From an uncultured Porphyromonadaceae bacterium (GTDB lineage: Bacteria > Bacteroidota > Bacteroidia > Bacteroidales > Barnesiellaceae_A): a stretch of 64,000 nucleotides of DNA. The notes beneath the pieces were generated by a model that saw only the letters and a list, made by a program, of their open reading frames with translations, had not been told where the DNA came from and searched no databases. Every line of letters starts with the position of its first letter. Positions within the stretch are counted from its first letter, which is position 1. Positions 14,288 to 24,484 of this stretch are shown in pieces. The position numbers and the translations under genes were made by a program. The stretch is taken from NCBI GenBank assembly GCA_937891845.1, contig CALATP010000053.1, forward strand, positions 3,709-67,708. The letters are read 5' to 3'.

Positions 14288-15385
14288 TTATTGGGTATCG
14301 ATATGTAGTGTTGTAAACACACTACCCTGCCCTACGGCTTGATTGAGATAATCCTGCGAAATAGCGTCATATTGAGGATTGATGGCATATACTCCTTTGT
14401 CATTGACAAATCCCCACATAATACCTGTTTGCACTGCTGCCAAGTCACCTACAAAGGGATATGCATCTGTAAATTGACGTTTGATTACTATATTACCTTC
14501 CTTACTTATATATGCCCATTTACCGGCTATTCTGACAGGAGCCAATCTGGCATTACCAAATGGCTTAACATCCTCATACACGCACTCAATAAAAGTTTTA
14601 CCGGAGGCATCACACCAACCCCAATACCCATTATTGCATATCATATATATGCTACCATCGGGAATCATTCTTTCGTGTTGGAATTCGTGAATGAGAGTGC
14701 CCTTGCGATCGATGGCAAAATAGCGGTCATTAGCTTTTATCAACGCATAGCCTTCATCGTTAAACGAGTGAGCCTCTTGATATTGATAAGGTATAACCAA
14801 CTCACCCAACAGGTTGATATATCCCCATTTACCCTCTACATTATCCTGAACTGCCGCCAATCCCAATCGGAAATCACGAACAGCCCTGAATTGCGCCGTA
14901 ATAATCTCGTTGCCATTCTTGTCCAGATACCCCCAAAAATAGTAATTCTTTTTGAAGGTTGAAAAAGCCGCTCTGCCTTCTTGAAAGACGCGCACCTCTT
15001 TGGTCTTACGCAATGAGACTTTTACCTCACCCTTGTCATTTATTGCTCCCGGCATATCACCTTTTTTAGATACCCAGGCAAGACCTTCGCTAAACACCGT
15101 TGCTTTTTCATACACTGCCGGAAGAGCAGGCATACCTTTGCGATCGATATATCCCCAATTACCATCTTTGTCCTGTATAAGGGCAAAACCATTATAGAAT
15201 AACGACGCATCTGTAAAACTGTTGGTAAAGATATACTCATCCATATAATTGATACATCGACAACTATCGTCACTAAAAGCAAAAAGATAATCGGTCTGTG
15301 GCTTGGTAGCATTATCTTTACCGCCACAAGACATCATCACAAGTGTTAATATACAGAAAAATAGCAGGTTATCAAAACGTTTCAT
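14288..15385 (-). CDS. WG-repeat (KWG-like) lipoprotein
   Basis: Repeated WGYIDRKG / WGYLDKNG / WGYINLLG / WGWCDASG / WAYISKEG / WGFVNDKG. Likely start is MKRFDNLLFFCILTLVMMSCGG (CAT at 15383-15385), with a lipobox. The ORF-track start at 15409 is probably an extension. Confidence 0.8.
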   Translation of the reverse strand: MKRFDNLLFFCILTLVMMSCGGKDNATKPQTDYLFAFSDDSCRCINYMDEYIFTNSFTDASLFYNGFALIQDKDGNWGYIDRKGMPALPAVYEKATVFSEGLAWVSKKGDMPGAINDKGEVKVSLRKTKEVRVFQEGRAAFSTFKKNYYFWGYLDKNGNEIITAQFRAVRDFRLGLAAVQDNVEGKWGYINLLGELVIPYQYQEAHSFNDEGYALIKANDRYFAIDRKGTLIHEFQHERMIPDGSIYMICNNGYWGWCDASGKTFIECVYEDVKPFGNARLAPVRIAGKWAYISKEGNIVIKRQFTDAYPFVGDLAAVQTGIMWGFVNDKGVYAINPQYDAISQDYLNQAVGQGSVFTTLHIDTQ

Positions 15386-15529
15386 AATACTAAATCGAGT
15401 AATGCACAAAGTTAATAATTATCGGTCAAAAAAAAATAAAAATGTATACTAAAAAATTGAGTAAAATAGAATGTTTTTTGCTAACTTTACACGATAATTG
15501 CAAATAGTAGCTACGACGCAAAAAGTTTT

Positions 15530-16450
15530 ATGCAAACACCTGTATATCACATACCTGCATTATTAGACGAATGCATTGAAGGATTAAATATAAATCCCAA
15601 CGGAATATATGTCGATGTGACATTTGGAGGAGGAGGACACTCGCGCGAGATTTTAAAACATCTGGGAGCGAGCGGGCATCTGTATTCATTTGACCAAGAT
15701 GAAGATGCGCAAAGCAACATAATGGGAGATGAGCGATTTACTTTTGTATATAGCAACTTCAGATATCTGAAAAACTTTCTACGCTATCACAACGTAGAGT
15801 CGGTAGACGGAATTTTGGCCGATTTGGGCGTATCTTTCCACCACTTTGACGACTCGGAACGAGGTTTTTCATTCCGCTTTGACGCGCCACTGGATATGCG
15901 AATGAACAAACAAGCACATCTATCGGCTGCCGATGTGTTGGCAACTTACTCGGAAGAACGATTAGGAGAGCTTTTTGCTCTATATGGCGAGTTGCGCAAC
16001 GCACGACGCATAGCAAAGGCCATTGTGGCACAAAGAGCCGTGGGTGGCGTAAAAACAACAGGACAACTACTCGACATAGTATCACCCTTTATCAATCGCA
16101 AGCAAGAAAAGAAAGAGTTGGCTCAACTGTTTCAAGCCTTGCGCATAGAAGTAAACAACGAAATGGACAGCCTGCGTGAGATGCTCAATCAAGCAGCCCG
16201 GCTCCTCAAACCCGGAGGACGATTGGCGGTTATAACCTACCATTCGCTAGAGGATCGCATCGTTAAGAATTTTATCAAAACAGGAAATGTAAACGGAGTG
16301 GTCGATAAAGATTTCTTTGGAAGAGTCAACTCACCTCTGAAAGCAATCAATAACAAAGTAATTGTTCCGTCAGAAGAAGAGATTGAGCGCAACCCACGTT
16401 CACGCAGTGCCAAGTTACGTCTGGCCGAGAAAGGAGGAGTCAATGAGTAA
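15530..16450 (+). CDS. rsmH: 16S rRNA (cytosine1402-N4)-methyltransferase
   Basis: TFGGGGHSREIL, 306 aa, first gene of the dcw cluster. Confidence 0.95.
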   Translation: MQTPVYHIPALLDECIEGLNINPNGIYVDVTFGGGGHSREILKHLGASGHLYSFDQDEDAQSNIMGDERFTFVYSNFRYLKNFLRYHNVESVDGILADLGVSFHHFDDSERGFSFRFDAPLDMRMNKQAHLSAADVLATYSEERLGELFALYGELRNARRIAKAIVAQRAVGGVKTTGQLLDIVSPFINRKQEKKELAQLFQALRIEVNNEMDSLREMLNQAARLLKPGGRLAVITYHSLEDRIVKNFIKTGNVNGVVDKDFFGRVNSPLKAINNKVIVPSEEEIERNPRSRSAKLRLAEKGGVNE

Positions 16451-16832
16451 AGAGAGAGAAAACACCGGAAAGACAACTCCCAAAAGAACGAGAAGAGTTG
16501 CCGCATTGATTCTGGCAGGAAAGTTCTTCCCTCGCAAGTTTTTTATTGACAATTGGGGAATACTTGTCACATTTGTAGTCTTGTCATTGGCCTCAATTGC
16601 CCACCGTAATATGTTCTTATTGCAGCTCAATAAAATCAAAAAACTTGAGACTGTACTAGCCGACCGCACAACAACTCGTACGCTGTTACAATATGAACAA
16701 GAAGAAAACTTGCGTCTGCACGAAATAGATATGGCTCTAGAACGATATGACTTAAACCTCATACACTCTCCCGAGCCTCAAAAAGAGATTGTAGTACCCA
16801 ATAAGCCGGAGGTAGAGAATGTCAGAGAATAA
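16443..16832 (+). CDS. ftsL: FtsL-like cell division protein (Bacteroidota type)
   Basis: ATG at 16443 overlaps the rsmH stop. Basic N-terminus, one TM (WGILVTFVVLSLASIA), then a coiled-coil. Positioned between rsmH and ftsI. The ORF-track start at 16362 lies inside rsmH. Confidence 0.7.
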   Translation: MSKERENTGKTTPKRTRRVAALILAGKFFPRKFFIDNWGILVTFVVLSLASIAHRNMFLLQLNKIKKLETVLADRTTTRTLLQYEQEENLRLHEIDMALERYDLNLIHSPEPQKEIVVPNKPEVENVRE

Positions 16833-19017
16833 GTCAAAGAAGAGATTTAACAGCCCTTACTGGTTGGTTTTTACCATCTTTGGGTTGTTGGCAACGGCTA
16901 TTGTGTACAATATGGTGCGCATATCGATTATAGAAGCACCCGAATGGAACAAAAAAGCCAAAGAGATGCTCCACCTGGACACCCTGCACAATGTAGCACC
17001 TCAACGCGGTGATATATTGGCACACGACGGTACACCTCTGGCACAAACGGTAGCGTTGTATACCGTAAGCATCGACTTTAAAGACCCGGGACTCGACCCT
17101 TACCTTTATGTCAACACCATTCATCCCGAGGGAAGCCCCCTACCCGATACACTGAACCTCGACACGCTATGCGAATACTTGGCTACGCACTATCCCGTGC
17201 GCACGAAAGCCGAATATGCAGCATATATATCACAACGACGCGACTCCCTACATTACTGTGAGTTGATAAAGGATATTGATGTCAGCCAGCTCAACGACCT
17301 CAAAGCCCTCTCCATTTTCAAGCATAAAACAAAAGGCAAAAACACCGGTCTTGTGAGTAGCAGAGTATACAAGCGCCTATATCCTTTCGACTCATTGACA
17401 TCAGTGGTGCTGGGTAGAGCATCATTGGTTACAGCCGAGATGTTGGAAAAAGACTCAACCTACCAACGCAATGAGTGGCACGGTACATCGGGACTGGAGC
17501 GTGGATTGGAGGAAGTACTTTTTGGCACACGAGGCAGTAGTGAGAACCGTCAACGGCACTGGGGTTTCAGCCAATATGTTGTCATTCCTCCGGTTCCGGG
17601 TAAGGATGTTATCACAACATTGGACTTGACAATGCAAGAAATCGCTGAACGTAATTTGATGGAAATGGTGAGCAAACAACACGCCAGCTATGGCACAGCT
17701 ATAATTATGGATGTTGCCACCGGAGAGATACGCGCAATGGCCAATGTTGACAAAAACAGAAAAGGCAAGTACACATTCAAGACATCACGCAACTATGCCG
17801 TGACTGCCATAGAACCCGGCTCGGTGATAAAAACACTGTCGATGGCCGTTGCTTTGGAAAAATTGGGCAACATAGATGTTCACAGAAAATTTGATTCGCA
17901 CGGCGCAGTACCGGAGATAAGGGGTTTCAAAGCATTAAAAGCATACGAGGATATCATCTCCCCTCACCGAGTAATCGTACGCTCCGACAATAGAGGTATA
18001 TGCAAGATGATAACCGACATCTATCGTCCCAATTACAATAACTTCATTGAGGACGTGCGTGAAACGCAAATTATCAAAACCGGATATCTGAAAGAACTAC
18101 CCGGCTCAATGAACCCCATCATCAATAAATTGAAATTACACCCCGACACACCTCACCACTTCTACTCATTTGCTCAAGCCGTATTTGGCTATCATAGCCT
18201 TATATCACCCCTATCTACTTTGTCGGTATATAACGCCATCGCCAATAATGGCCGATTGATGCAGCCACAAATTGTCAAAGGACTGATGGTAAATGGCGAA
18301 ATTGATACCATCTATGCACCAATATGCCTCAACGAACAACTCTGTACACCCACACACGTTCAACAACTACGCGAGATGTTGTATGGAGTAGTTTATGAAG
18401 ATGGTGGAACCGCAATACGTATACGTGGTGGCCGCGTAAAGATAGCCGGCAAAACAGGTACTGTTACGGCTCAACAAGAGTTTGAATGGAAAGACAGCGA
18501 AGGTAACATACGCCACGGTGTCCGTTATCTAGAAGGTGAATATCGATTGGCCTTTGCCGGATTTTTCCCTTACGACAACCCGCAATACTCGTGCATAGTG
18601 GTCGTCGATAAGCCTCGAGACCACTCGGCTGGCGGTGTGGCCGGCGGAGTATTCCGCGCCATAGCCGAGGAGATGTATAGTCGCAATCTACTTTCGAGCG
18701 ATGTAGATTATAGACCTATATCGGCCAATAAAAACATACCTCAAACAAAGAGCACAACCCAATATGAAGAGGCGGTATATAGATACCTCAATCAGTACCC
18801 ATTGCCCGACAGCAACAGGGTTGAAGTAGAACACCCGGCCGACAATCCCAACGAGATACCATCTGTATTGGGTTACACAGCCAAGGATGCGATGTTTATC
18901 CTTGAACAGTACGGAATAGAAGTTGAAATAATAGGAATGGGACGAGTAGAAAACCAATCTTTGGCAGCAGGAACTCCCATTCTACCCGGAATGAAAATAA
19001 CACTAATGTTGAAATAA
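16819..19017 (+). CDS. ftsI: penicillin-binding protein (class B transpeptidase, FtsI/PBP3-like) with C-terminal PASTA domain
   Basis: SVIK (SxxK), SDN, KTGT motifs. C-terminal ..VLGYTAKDAMFILEQYGIEVEIIGMGRV.. is PASTA-like. Confidence 0.9.
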   Translation: MSENKSKKRFNSPYWLVFTIFGLLATAIVYNMVRISIIEAPEWNKKAKEMLHLDTLHNVAPQRGDILAHDGTPLAQTVALYTVSIDFKDPGLDPYLYVNTIHPEGSPLPDTLNLDTLCEYLATHYPVRTKAEYAAYISQRRDSLHYCELIKDIDVSQLNDLKALSIFKHKTKGKNTGLVSSRVYKRLYPFDSLTSVVLGRASLVTAEMLEKDSTYQRNEWHGTSGLERGLEEVLFGTRGSSENRQRHWGFSQYVVIPPVPGKDVITTLDLTMQEIAERNLMEMVSKQHASYGTAIIMDVATGEIRAMANVDKNRKGKYTFKTSRNYAVTAIEPGSVIKTLSMAVALEKLGNIDVHRKFDSHGAVPEIRGFKALKAYEDIISPHRVIVRSDNRGICKMITDIYRPNYNNFIEDVRETQIIKTGYLKELPGSMNPIINKLKLHPDTPHHFYSFAQAVFGYHSLISPLSTLSVYNAIANNGRLMQPQIVKGLMVNGEIDTIYAPICLNEQLCTPTHVQQLREMLYGVVYEDGGTAIRIRGGRVKIAGKTGTVTAQQEFEWKDSEGNIRHGVRYLEGEYRLAFAGFFPYDNPQYSCIVVVDKPRDHSAGGVAGGVFRAIAEEMYSRNLLSSDVDYRPISANKNIPQTKSTTQYEEAVYRYLNQYPLPDSNRVEVEHPADNPNEIPSVLGYTAKDAMFILEQYGIEVEIIGMGRVENQSLAAGTPILPGMKITLMLK

Positions 19018-19024
19018 AGAATAT

Positions 19025-20470
19025 ATGAATACTCATAATCTGATATCGGCAATCAAGGTCGCAGCTATACAAGGAACACTGCCCGAGCAAATAGCAGGCA
19101 TAGAATCCGACTCACGCAAGATAGCCAAAGATTATCTTTTTGTAGCTGTAAGAGGCTCACAAGTAGATGGTCACCAATATATAGACAAGGCAATAGAACA
19201 AGGAGCAACTATTGTGGTATGCGAAGAGATACCTCAACAATGCAACGACAAAGTAGCTTATGTACAAGTAGACAATAGTGCACAAGCACTAGGTTGTCTT
19301 GCTTCACGCCTCTATAACGATCCTTCAAAAGAACTCACATTGGTAGGTGTTACCGGTACAAACGGAAAGACTACAACAGCAACATTGTTGTACGAGATGT
19401 TCCGTCTGATGGGCGAAAAAGTGGGATTGTTATCGACTGTATGTAATTATATCGATAGTGAAATAGTACCCTCAACCCATACGACTCCCGACCCCATTTC
19501 GCTCAACGCATTGTTGCGCCGTATGGTCGATGCCGGTTGTAAATATGCCTTTATGGAGGTAAGTTCACACGCGGTTCATCAACATCGAATAGCAGGTTTG
19601 AAATTTGCAGGAGGAATCTTCAGCAATCTCACTCGTGACCATTTGGACTATCACAAGACATTTGACGCCTACCTTCAAGCCAAAAAGATGTTCTTCGATG
19701 CACTGCCGGCCGATGCGTTTGCCTTGACCAATATCGATGACAAGGTAGGAGAAGTAATGCTACAAAACACCAAAGCAAAGAAATACAGATACTCTCTGCG
19801 AGCAATGGCCGACTTCAAGGCACGAGCCATAGAAAATCGTCTTGACGGCACCTTGATAGCCTTTGACGGGAGAGAAGTAGAAACTCACTTTGTAGGACGT
19901 TTCAATGTCTACAACCTATTGGCCGTATACGCAGCCACTTGCCTGCTAGGTCGTGACAAGGAGCAAGTTCTCATCAATATGAGCTTGCTAATTCCTGTAG
20001 CCGGTCGTTTCCAAACAGTATATTCGCCACAAGGCGTTGTGGCTGTTATCGACTATGCCCATACACCCGACGCATTGACCAACGTATTGACAACCCTGCG
20101 AGATGTTATTAACAACGGACGCATCATCACCGTTGTCGGAGCCGGAGGAAACAGAGATAAAGGCAAGCGCCCCATTATGGCTCAAGAGGCCGCCAAAGGT
20201 AGCGACCAATTGATACTCACATCGGACAATCCTCGATATGAAAACCCTGATGATATACTCGCTGATATGATGGCAGGGCTAGATGCAACTGCAAAGAAAT
20301 ATACTCTTGCCATTGCCGACCGTCGACAAGCCATCCGCGCAGCAGCACAAATGGCTCAACCGGGTGACGTTATACTCATTGCAGGTAAAGGACACGAAGA
20401 TTATCAAGAGATACAAGGTGTAAAACACCACTTTGATGACCGCGAAGAGGTAGAAAAAATCTTTGCCTAA
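19025..20470 (+). CDS. murE: UDP-N-acetylmuramoyl-L-alanyl-D-glutamate--2,6-diaminopimelate ligase
   Basis: GVTGTNGKTTT, TSDNPRYENP (DNPR) motifs. Confidence 0.95.
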   Translation: MNTHNLISAIKVAAIQGTLPEQIAGIESDSRKIAKDYLFVAVRGSQVDGHQYIDKAIEQGATIVVCEEIPQQCNDKVAYVQVDNSAQALGCLASRLYNDPSKELTLVGVTGTNGKTTTATLLYEMFRLMGEKVGLLSTVCNYIDSEIVPSTHTTPDPISLNALLRRMVDAGCKYAFMEVSSHAVHQHRIAGLKFAGGIFSNLTRDHLDYHKTFDAYLQAKKMFFDALPADAFALTNIDDKVGEVMLQNTKAKKYRYSLRAMADFKARAIENRLDGTLIAFDGREVETHFVGRFNVYNLLAVYAATCLLGRDKEQVLINMSLLIPVAGRFQTVYSPQGVVAVIDYAHTPDALTNVLTTLRDVINNGRIITVVGAGGNRDKGKRPIMAQEAAKGSDQLILTSDNPRYENPDDILADMMAGLDATAKKYTLAIADRRQAIRAAAQMAQPGDVILIAGKGHEDYQEIQGVKHHFDDREEVEKIFA

Positions 20471-20494
20471 TATATTCAATAAAAACTTCAAACT

Positions 20495-21748
20495 ATGCTA
20501 TATCACTTATTTCACGACTTAAATATACAGATGCCCGGCGTGGGTCTGTGGAACTATATCTCATTCAGAGCAGGATTGGCACTCATCCTATCTTTGTTCC
20601 TATCCACCATTATAGGAGCTCGCATTATCAAATACCTGAAATTGAAACAAATGGGTGAGCTTGTACGAGACCTGGGATTGGAAGGTGAAAACAGTAAAAA
20701 GGGTACACCCACAATGGGTGGTATTATTATCATCATCTCCATTCTTGTTCCTTGTTTATTGGTAGGACGTTTCGACAGTCTCTATATGATACTTATGCTA
20801 GTCACAACAGTGTGGTTGGGACTTTTGGGATTTGCCGATGATTACATCAAGGTGGTAAAAAAAGACAAGGAAGGAATGCACGGCAAGTCAAAGATAATCG
20901 GTCAGGTAGGACTTGGACTTATCGTGGGCATTACGCTCTACCTCAGTCCCGATTTTGTAATACGAGAGAATGTTGAAGTAATAGGCGAAAATGGGACAGA
21001 GATAGAGTACAGACAAGAAAATATCAAATCGACACAGACAACCATTCCATTCGTTAAAAATCACAATTTCGACTATGCCGACTTGGTATCATTTATGGGT
21101 GAATATCAAGAGATAGCCGGATGGATAGTATTCATATTGGTTATTATTTTGGTAGTAACAGCAGTATCAAACAGTGCCAATCTCACTGATGGCCTTGACG
21201 GACTTGCTACCGGAACATCAGCTATAATAGGTGTGGCACTTGGCATTCTGGCCTATTTCTCCGGACACATCGAATATGCCTCATACTTCAACATAATGTA
21301 CATTCCGGGTAGTGGCGAACTAGTAGTATTTATGGCAGCCTTCATTGGTGCTACCATTGGTTTCTTGTGGTATAATGCTGCACCGGCTCAAGTATTTATG
21401 GGAGATACCGGCAGCCTCACTTTGGGCGGTATCATTGCTGTTTTTGCCATACTCATTCACAAAGAGTTGCTCATACCCATCCTATGCGGTGTTTTCTTTG
21501 TAGAAGCATTATCGGTAATAATGCAAACAATTTACTTCAAATACACCAAAAAACGTACGGGCGTGGGACGTCGCATATTCAAGATGACCCCTCTACACCA
21601 CCACTTCCAGAAAGCCGGAAACAGTGGTATTGATGCCATCATACAACGCCCCTTGAATATAATTCCTGAAACGAAGATTGTTACACGTTTCTGGATTATC
21701 GGAATAATGTTGGCAGTTATCACGCTAGTAACCCTAAAGATACGTTAA
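20495..21748 (+). CDS. mraY: phospho-N-acetylmuramoyl-pentapeptide transferase
   Basis: MGDTGSLTLGG, LTDGLDGLA motifs; polytopic membrane protein. Confidence 0.95.
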   Translation: MLYHLFHDLNIQMPGVGLWNYISFRAGLALILSLFLSTIIGARIIKYLKLKQMGELVRDLGLEGENSKKGTPTMGGIIIIISILVPCLLVGRFDSLYMILMLVTTVWLGLLGFADDYIKVVKKDKEGMHGKSKIIGQVGLGLIVGITLYLSPDFVIRENVEVIGENGTEIEYRQENIKSTQTTIPFVKNHNFDYADLVSFMGEYQEIAGWIVFILVIILVVTAVSNSANLTDGLDGLATGTSAIIGVALGILAYFSGHIEYASYFNIMYIPGSGELVVFMAAFIGATIGFLWYNAAPAQVFMGDTGSLTLGGIIAVFAILIHKELLIPILCGVFFVEALSVIMQTIYFKYTKKRTGVGRRIFKMTPLHHHFQKAGNSGIDAIIQRPLNIIPETKIVTRFWIIGIMLAVITLVTLKIR

Positions 21749-23109
21749 TGCGAAATAAAAAGCGATATATGGAAAACAAAAAAATAGTAGTATTAGGAGC
21801 CGGAGAAAGTGGTGCCGGCGCTGCAATCCTAGCCAAGGTTAAAGGTTTTGACGTATTTGTATCGGATATGTCAACCATCAAAGATAAATACAAAACGATG
21901 CTCGACACGCACCACATCGCGTGGGAAGAGGGTAAACATACAGCCGAGCGCATAATGGATGCCGATGAAGTAATAAAAAGCCCCGGAATACCCGATACAG
22001 CACCACTCATCGTCGCATTGAAAGAAAAAGGCACTCCTATAATCTCTGAAATAGAATTTGCAGGTCGCTACACCAATGCTCGTATGATATGCATCACCGG
22101 TAGTAATGGAAAAACCACAACTACACTGCTCACATATCATATACTCAAGAGTGCAGGTCTCAAGGTTGGATTGGCGGGCAACGTAGGTCAGAGCCTGGCT
22201 TATCAAGTTGCAACTTGCGACTACGACTACTATGTTGTGGAATTGAGCAGTTTCCAACTCGACAATATGTATGAGTTTAAGGCCGATGTTGCCGTCTTGC
22301 TCAACATTACCCCCGACCATCTCGACCGCTACGACTTCAAGATGGAAAACTATATCGATGCCAAGTTCCGCATTACACATAACCAGACATCTGAAGATGC
22401 CTTCATATATTGGAATGATGACCCTGTTATCAACGAGAAACTACAATCATTGCAATTGCAATCGAAAGTATATCCTTTCTCCGAGATACAAGAAGAAGGC
22501 TCTAAGGCATATACACAAGACAACAAGGTTATTATCAATATGCCCGACGAAACATTTACAATGTCAGAAGAAGAGTTGGCACTACCGGGTCGACACAATC
22601 TTTACAATTCGTTGGCAGCCGGCATCTCGGCCAATATACTCCACATCGAGAAAGAAGAAATACGCAAGGCTCTCAGCAATTTTCAAGCCGTTGAGCATCG
22701 CCTCGAGCCGGTGGCAACTGTCAAAGGGGTGCGTTTTATCAATGACTCGAAGGCTACAAATGTCAACTCTTGTTGGTACGCATTGGAAAGTATGGACACA
22801 CCGGTAATTCTCATTTTGGGAGGTAAAGACAAAGGCAATGACTACACCGAGATAGAACAACTAGTGCGCGACAAAGTGAAAGCAATAGTATGTATGGGTG
22901 TAGACAATAGTAAATTACACGCATTCTTCGATAACAAGGTATCGCACATTGTAGATGCCGGCTCAATGGCAGAAGCCGTTTCACTAGCCTATGCAGCAGC
23001 ACAACCCGGCGACACCGTTCTGTTGTCACCTTGTTGCGCAAGTTTTGACCTCTTTACCGGTTATGAAGATAGAGGCAAACAATTTAAGGAATGTGTGCGT
23101 AAATTATAA
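21748..23109 (+). CDS. murD: UDP-N-acetylmuramoylalanine--D-glutamate ligase
   Basis: VLGAGESGAGAA, ITGSNGKTTTT. TAATG overlap with mraY; an alternative start is the ATG at 21769 (MENKKIVVLG). Confidence 0.95.
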   Translation: MRNKKRYMENKKIVVLGAGESGAGAAILAKVKGFDVFVSDMSTIKDKYKTMLDTHHIAWEEGKHTAERIMDADEVIKSPGIPDTAPLIVALKEKGTPIISEIEFAGRYTNARMICITGSNGKTTTTLLTYHILKSAGLKVGLAGNVGQSLAYQVATCDYDYYVVELSSFQLDNMYEFKADVAVLLNITPDHLDRYDFKMENYIDAKFRITHNQTSEDAFIYWNDDPVINEKLQSLQLQSKVYPFSEIQEEGSKAYTQDNKVIINMPDETFTMSEEELALPGRHNLYNSLAAGISANILHIEKEEIRKALSNFQAVEHRLEPVATVKGVRFINDSKATNVNSCWYALESMDTPVILILGGKDKGNDYTEIEQLVRDKVKAIVCMGVDNSKLHAFFDNKVSHIVDAGSMAEAVSLAYAAAQPGDTVLLSPCCASFDLFTGYEDRGKQFKECVRKL

Positions 23110-23121
23110 AGCATAAAACCA

Positions 23122-24474
23122 ATGGAGTTGAGAAATACAACAACATCTAACAAACGAAAGATAAAGTACACCTCCGACTGGACTCTATGGGCGTGCTACA
23201 TAATCTTATGTGGTATTTCGGTCGTCGAAGTATTCAGTGCTAGTAGTTACTACCTCAAGCAAGGAAGTGTATATCTTCCTATTACACAGCACATACAATG
23301 GTTGGCGTTGGGGTTTGTTATGATGTTTATTATAGAACACATACACTACAAATACAGCAAAGGAGTAATGCCTTTTCTGGGTGGCATAGCCATAATATTG
23401 GCTATTCTTACTCCGTTTATCGGAGAGACCTCCAACGATGCCGCCCGCAGTATCGATTTGGGAATTGTATCGGTACAGGCCGCCGAGCCGTGCAAGTTGG
23501 CCAGTGCCTTGATGCTGGCATATTTCCTTTCACGTTTCCAAAATCCCGATGGCAGCGGATTATCGAAAAAAGGCGTTTATTGGGGATTGGGCATTATTTT
23601 TATGTTTGTAGCCCTATTGGTTACGCAAGGAGGTTCCAATGCTCTACTCATTATGTTGGTAGGTTGCACTATGATGATGCTGGCCGTATTACCACGTAAG
23701 TTGGCAATAATAGTATATTCAGCAGCAGCGGTAATTATTATTGCAGCGGTTGTATTTTTCGTGAGTTATAATATCAATCTCAAAAATCACCCCAAAGAGA
23801 CAGAGGCGGTTGTGGAGACAACAATCGAAACATCATTGGAGGAGAAAGAAGAAAAGTCGGCATTTGGTCAATTTATCGACAAATATTTCCGTTCAGAGAC
23901 TTGGGAGCGACGCATTAAAGACTGGCTGCCCGATGGTGAACCCGAATACACAAAAGATACTACCGACGATAACTCGCAAGAACATCACGCCTATATGGCT
24001 ATCGCTCACGGTAACGGAGTGGGAGTTATGCCCGGAAACAGTCGCGAATGTTCTCGACTGCAATTGGCCTACTCCGACTATATCTATGCCATCATTCTCG
24101 AAGAGTTAGGAATACTGGGAGGTGTCATTGTACTCTTGTGCTACTTGGGTATTGTGATACGCGCCTGTATGATAAGTAAAAAGTGTAAAAATGCCTACGC
24201 ATCGTTACTTATTATGGGTATGTCGCTTGTGATTGTATATCAGGCATTCTATCATATGTGCATCTCGGTGGGAGTACTTCCCGTATCAGGCCAACCATTA
24301 CCCTTCATCAGTCGTGGTGGTACGTCTATCGTAATTATGAGTATCGCAATGGGTATAATGCTGAGTGTGAGCAGATATGCTGTCGAGCGTACTCCTAGCG
24401 GACTGAAAACAATTGTTGATGATGATGAATTACCGGATGACTTAAAAGCCGAAAATCCGGCTCGAGGATTTTAA
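23122..24474 (+). CDS. ftsW: FtsW/RodA/SpoVE-family peptidoglycan glycosyltransferase
   Basis: SGQPLPFISRGGTS motif, multiple TMs, dcw position. Confidence 0.9.
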   Translation: MELRNTTTSNKRKIKYTSDWTLWACYIILCGISVVEVFSASSYYLKQGSVYLPITQHIQWLALGFVMMFIIEHIHYKYSKGVMPFLGGIAIILAILTPFIGETSNDAARSIDLGIVSVQAAEPCKLASALMLAYFLSRFQNPDGSGLSKKGVYWGLGIIFMFVALLVTQGGSNALLIMLVGCTMMMLAVLPRKLAIIVYSAAAVIIIAAVVFFVSYNINLKNHPKETEAVVETTIETSLEEKEEKSAFGQFIDKYFRSETWERRIKDWLPDGEPEYTKDTTDDNSQEHHAYMAIAHGNGVGVMPGNSRECSRLQLAYSDYIYAIILEELGILGGVIVLLCYLGIVIRACMISKKCKNAYASLLIMGMSLVIVYQAFYHMCISVGVLPVSGQPLPFISRGGTSIVIMSIAMGIMLSVSRYAVERTPSGLKTIVDDDELPDDLKAENPARGF

Positions 24475-24484
24475 ATATAAAGCT

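Noticed and set aside
14339-14962. 207-aa plus-strand ORF opposite the WG-repeat lipoprotein gene.
   Set aside because: The minus-strand product has six clear WG repeats and a lipobox. The plus-strand product is featureless, so it is a shadow ORF.
16362-16442. Upstream extensions of ORF-track calls: ftsL from 16362, hsp20 from 57707, mtnN from 52979, 5'-nucleotidase to 57772, OM barrel to 55635, lplA from 44884, SemiSWEET from 51753.
   Set aside because: Each extension overlaps a neighbouring gene or promoter region and precedes a canonical N-terminus (signal peptide or conserved start), so internal ATGs were chosen.
21871-22807. 169-aa antisense ORF and 178-aa alternative-frame ORF within murD.
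   Set aside because: MurD motifs define the real frame. The alternatives are Arg/Ser/Cys-rich translation artefacts.
23782-23985. Acidic ~40-70-aa segment in FtsW (..ETEAVVETTIETSLEEKEEKSAFGQF..) as an unusual insertion.
   Set aside because: It falls in the naturally variable large extracytoplasmic loop preceding the conserved ..RIKDW..P motif. Without an alignment to relatives I cannot say it is atypical.
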